From Gemmatimonadota bacterium (GTDB lineage Bacteria > JBHIER01 > G020348925): a stretch of DNA of 64,000 nucleotides. Every line of letters starts with the position of its first letter. Positions within the stretch are counted from its first letter, which is position 1. Below, piece after piece: positions 61,421-64,000 of this stretch. The position numbers and the translations under genes were made by a program. The stretch spans positions 2,929,688-2,993,687 of the forward strand of contig CP070758.1 in assembly GCA_020348925.1 (NCBI GenBank). Reading direction: 5' to 3'. The notes under the pieces are model-generated. The model ran no database searches and had not been told where the DNA came from. It worked only from the letters and a program-made list of their open reading frames with translations.

Positions 61421-62293
61421 CTACAACCACGACTCACTGATCTTTCGATGGAGTGTGACCTCAATATAGTGTTCCCACTCCTCACTCCGCTCGGTATCTT
61501 TACTATCAAGAATCCTTTCCTGTGATTCAAACTCATTCCCTTCTTTTTTCCTCGATCTAACACCCCATTCAAGCACTGGACCGACTCCCTGAGCAATCAA
61601 CACCTTGCTTTGCAGGATGAGTGCGTCCGGCACAATCAAGTCCGTTCCCCCAAAAGCAACCGTCTTGTCTGCGGATAGAGTTATATCATAGAGCAGCGCA
61701 AACACGGCGAAGGAATCCAATAACACTGAACCTTTTTGCTCCAATACCAGACGGACCCGCGTTTTCTGCTCCTGCCTGAAGGAATCAATGGTGGCATCCC
61801 AGACCTTCGGAATCTGCTCATGTACAAAGGTCGTATCCAGATTGCTCACATTCTTCGGGATCAAGACCAGGGGCGGCTCATAAACCGTCAATTGATCTGT
61901 CGAGTCACGAGTCTCATATCCTACAAGCATGATCCCTTCCTTTCCGAAGCGATAAAACTCCCTTGTAATAGCCCCGCTATCGTGAAGGACCTCCTGGTCC
62001 ACTTGGCCAAGCGGCTCTTGATATGGGTGCCCTGTGAACGTACGGTGCTTCGTCACCGTTATCTTCGGACTTACGGTGTCCGGCGGCTGAGGGAGGATCC
62101 AACACCCCGCTTGTGTCTGAAGAACAGACGTGCTGTCTGCAACCGGAATTTCCCAGGAAATGTCTTGAAAAGTCGTTCCACTCTCCGGCCAGAAAGGTGG
62201 AGGGTTGCTCTGATGACAGACCACGACCAATAGAATCGAGGTGGTCCAGAAACACTTTCGAAGCGATTGTAATTTCGTCCGATCCATCACCAT
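61421..62293 (-). CDS. Hypothetical exported protein
   Basis: 290-aa ORF with RBS AAGGAG, hydrophobic N-terminus and a beta-rich body with GVGPV. Confidence 0.6.
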   Translation of the reverse strand: MVMDRTKLQSLRKCFWTTSILLVVVCHQSNPPPFWPESGTTFQDISWEIPVADSTSVLQTQAGCWILPQPPDTVSPKITVTKHRTFTGHPYQEPLGQVDQEVLHDSGAITREFYRFGKEGIMLVGYETRDSTDQLTVYEPPLVLIPKNVSNLDTTFVHEQIPKVWDATIDSFRQEQKTRVRLVLEQKGSVLLDSFAVFALLYDITLSADKTVAFGGTDLIVPDALILQSKVLIAQGVGPVLEWGVRSRKKEGNEFESQERILDSKDTERSEEWEHYIEVTLHRKISESWL

Positions 62294-62502
62294 CTACACT
62301 CCTTCTTTTAGGCTGATTCGAATGACACCAAAACAGAAGACCACTAAATATGAACACAAAACATGAATCTGTCAACCAATAAAGACCTTATCATCCCACA
62401 AAATAAGGGGACAGGCAAGACAGGTTCTTTAAAATCCAACTTATTATTTTCGTTCTGTTTGCGAACAAGGTCAATAGAGAAACCGAGCTTCTCCAGACAA
62501 TG

Positions 62503-62527
62503 CATTCCCAGGCAGAGTTTGGGAATG
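62503..62527. repeat. REP-like palindrome
   Basis: CATTCCCAGG-CAGAG-TTTGGGAATG. Confidence 0.5.
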
Positions 62528-62806
62528 AGGAATACCCCAAACTATAGTTCGGGTGTCCCGCCCGACTATTATTAGGAGTGTAAGAAGAATGTTTTTGCCA
62601 AAGGAGGATCGCTTTAGATTCAATACCTTGGCAATCCTAACCTCGTTCATTAGCCACAGGCAAGAGTGATTTCTATCATTTTTGGGCAGCGTATACGATT
62701 TTGGTTGTAATTCTTCTATATGGTATGATATAAGGCTTATAATAGTAAGGGGTTGCATAGTAGACCGTGTTTACTTAGCGTGTTGAACATGCTAAGGGGG
62801 TCTATT

Positions 62807-63931
62807 ATGCGAAGAAAGCGCTGTATTTTTTGCGGCAATCTCAATACAAGAAAACACGATAAGAGAACGAAGAAAAGAGCCACATCTTTTGGAAAGAGAG
62901 AGTGTTGTTATCAGCGTTGGTTCTGTAAAAGCTGTAATCGTGCTTTTAAACCGGATGAAGGTCATTCAATCAATTTCTCTCTCAAAGTCAAAGCCTGTGA
63001 GTTATACTATGATAGGGAATCCAGTTATCGAGCAGTTGGTCGTCAACTTCGAATAGCGCCCTATCGAGTGTTTCAGATCATCAATGCATTGGGTGCCAAT
63101 TGCAAATCTACGATTGAAATGGCCAGAGAGTTAAATCCTCACTGGTCAGGATATCTGTTTATAGATGAAAAATGCATCTGGATAAAAGGTGATGAATGGT
63201 ATCTCCTCATTGCTGTGGACTTGGGAACGCAAGACATTGTTCATTGGGACTTGGTTTCCAGGGAAGACGAAGTTAACGTGGCGTGGTTTCTCATAATTAT
63301 CAAGATGGTAATAAAATATCCATTCAAGGGACTCATCAGTGATCTGGCGGAAGTGTTTTATGCGACAACTCGATGGCTGCTAGCCGGGATACCTCATCAA
63401 TTCTGCACGTATCATGCCTACAATATCACTGAATATTATTTCAAATACCGTTACACCGTTGGTGGCCACACGCTCTGGGTTCAACGGTTTCTTACTGTTA
63501 CCAGGATTATCTGCAGATGCAATAAATTTGAGACGGCCTTAAGAGCTCTGGACTATTTGGAGCACCATCAAGATGAAATCAAAAAAGCTAAGCTCATCAA
63601 ACGGATGAATATCCTCAGACTCAGGTTTCCGTACCTTGTCAGGCGCTTCAAAGACCCAAATCTAAAACCTGATAATAACATTATTGAAAATGTCATCAGA
63701 CAATTGAACCAGAAGTTAAAGAAAATCGCCGGATTTCAATCATACCAAACAGCCCACAATTCTCTTAGTCTTTTGGTCATGCGATACAGATTTCACAAAT
63801 TCGACTGTTCAAGAATTCCTGGCAACAACAGAAAATCACCGCTTGTGCTTGCTGGAGTTAATACCTCAACAATGAATTGGGTACGGTTCTCCCAAAAAAC
63901 CAAACGTGCTCACAATACAAAGAAAATATGA
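62807..63931 (+). mobile_element. DDE transposase with N-terminal Zn ribbon (IS256/Mutator-like variant)
   Basis: CxxC..CxxC, HTH, FIDEK, ISDL, CxxH (CTYH) and NNIIEN; visibly AT-rich. IS ends not identified. Confidence 0.8.
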
Positions 63932-64000
63932 CTCAGTCAGCACCCAATTCCGGATACGCTCCCCCAAAATGATAGAATTCGGTCATACAAAGTCACTCCA

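Noticed and set aside
1-64000. Genome-wide TGA reassignment to explain two in-frame TGAs
   Set aside because: Many genes end at TGA exactly where their domains end (e.g. 17061, 28642, 52371, 58513).

Overview
Bacterial scaffold with two N gaps (41628-41727 and 60765-60864). It most plausibly comes from a diderm FCB-superphylum or related candidate-phylum organism (KSB1/Calditrichota/Zixibacteria-like; this is inference). The window is dominated by large secreted modular proteins. Nine genes carry dockerin-like domains, six carry FlgD-Ig/T9SS-type-A-like C-terminal tails (CTD), and one small gene encodes a single cohesin-like domain fused to a CTD. None of the dockerin carriers has a recognisable cellulase domain. 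This suggests a non-cellulosomal cohesin-dockerin surface assembly in which dockerin can replace the CTD: DUF3160 paralogs alternate between the two tails, and a decayed CTD lies directly behind one dockerin. A second highlight is a probable unannotated secreted selenoprotein (19708-20802). It has an in-frame UGA in a C-G-U motif inside an Ig-like domain, a SECIS-like hairpin, two PKD domains and a dockerin, and lies just downstream of a DUF1573/thioredoxin/CcdA fusion gene. Also present: a tandem array of variable-head/constant-tail proteins (1-10909), a Bd0055/HBb-type bacterial histone, an OPT transporter, an M29 aminopeptidase, lepB, a SusD-less TonB-receptor locus with an intact and a pseudogenised GntR-LacI regulator sharing a palindromic operator, a GH31 relic, IS remnants, REP-like palindromes and a duplicated long-stem RNA-like element. 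No rRNA, tRNA or CRISPR array was recognised. All family assignments come from motif recognition by eye, not from database searches.
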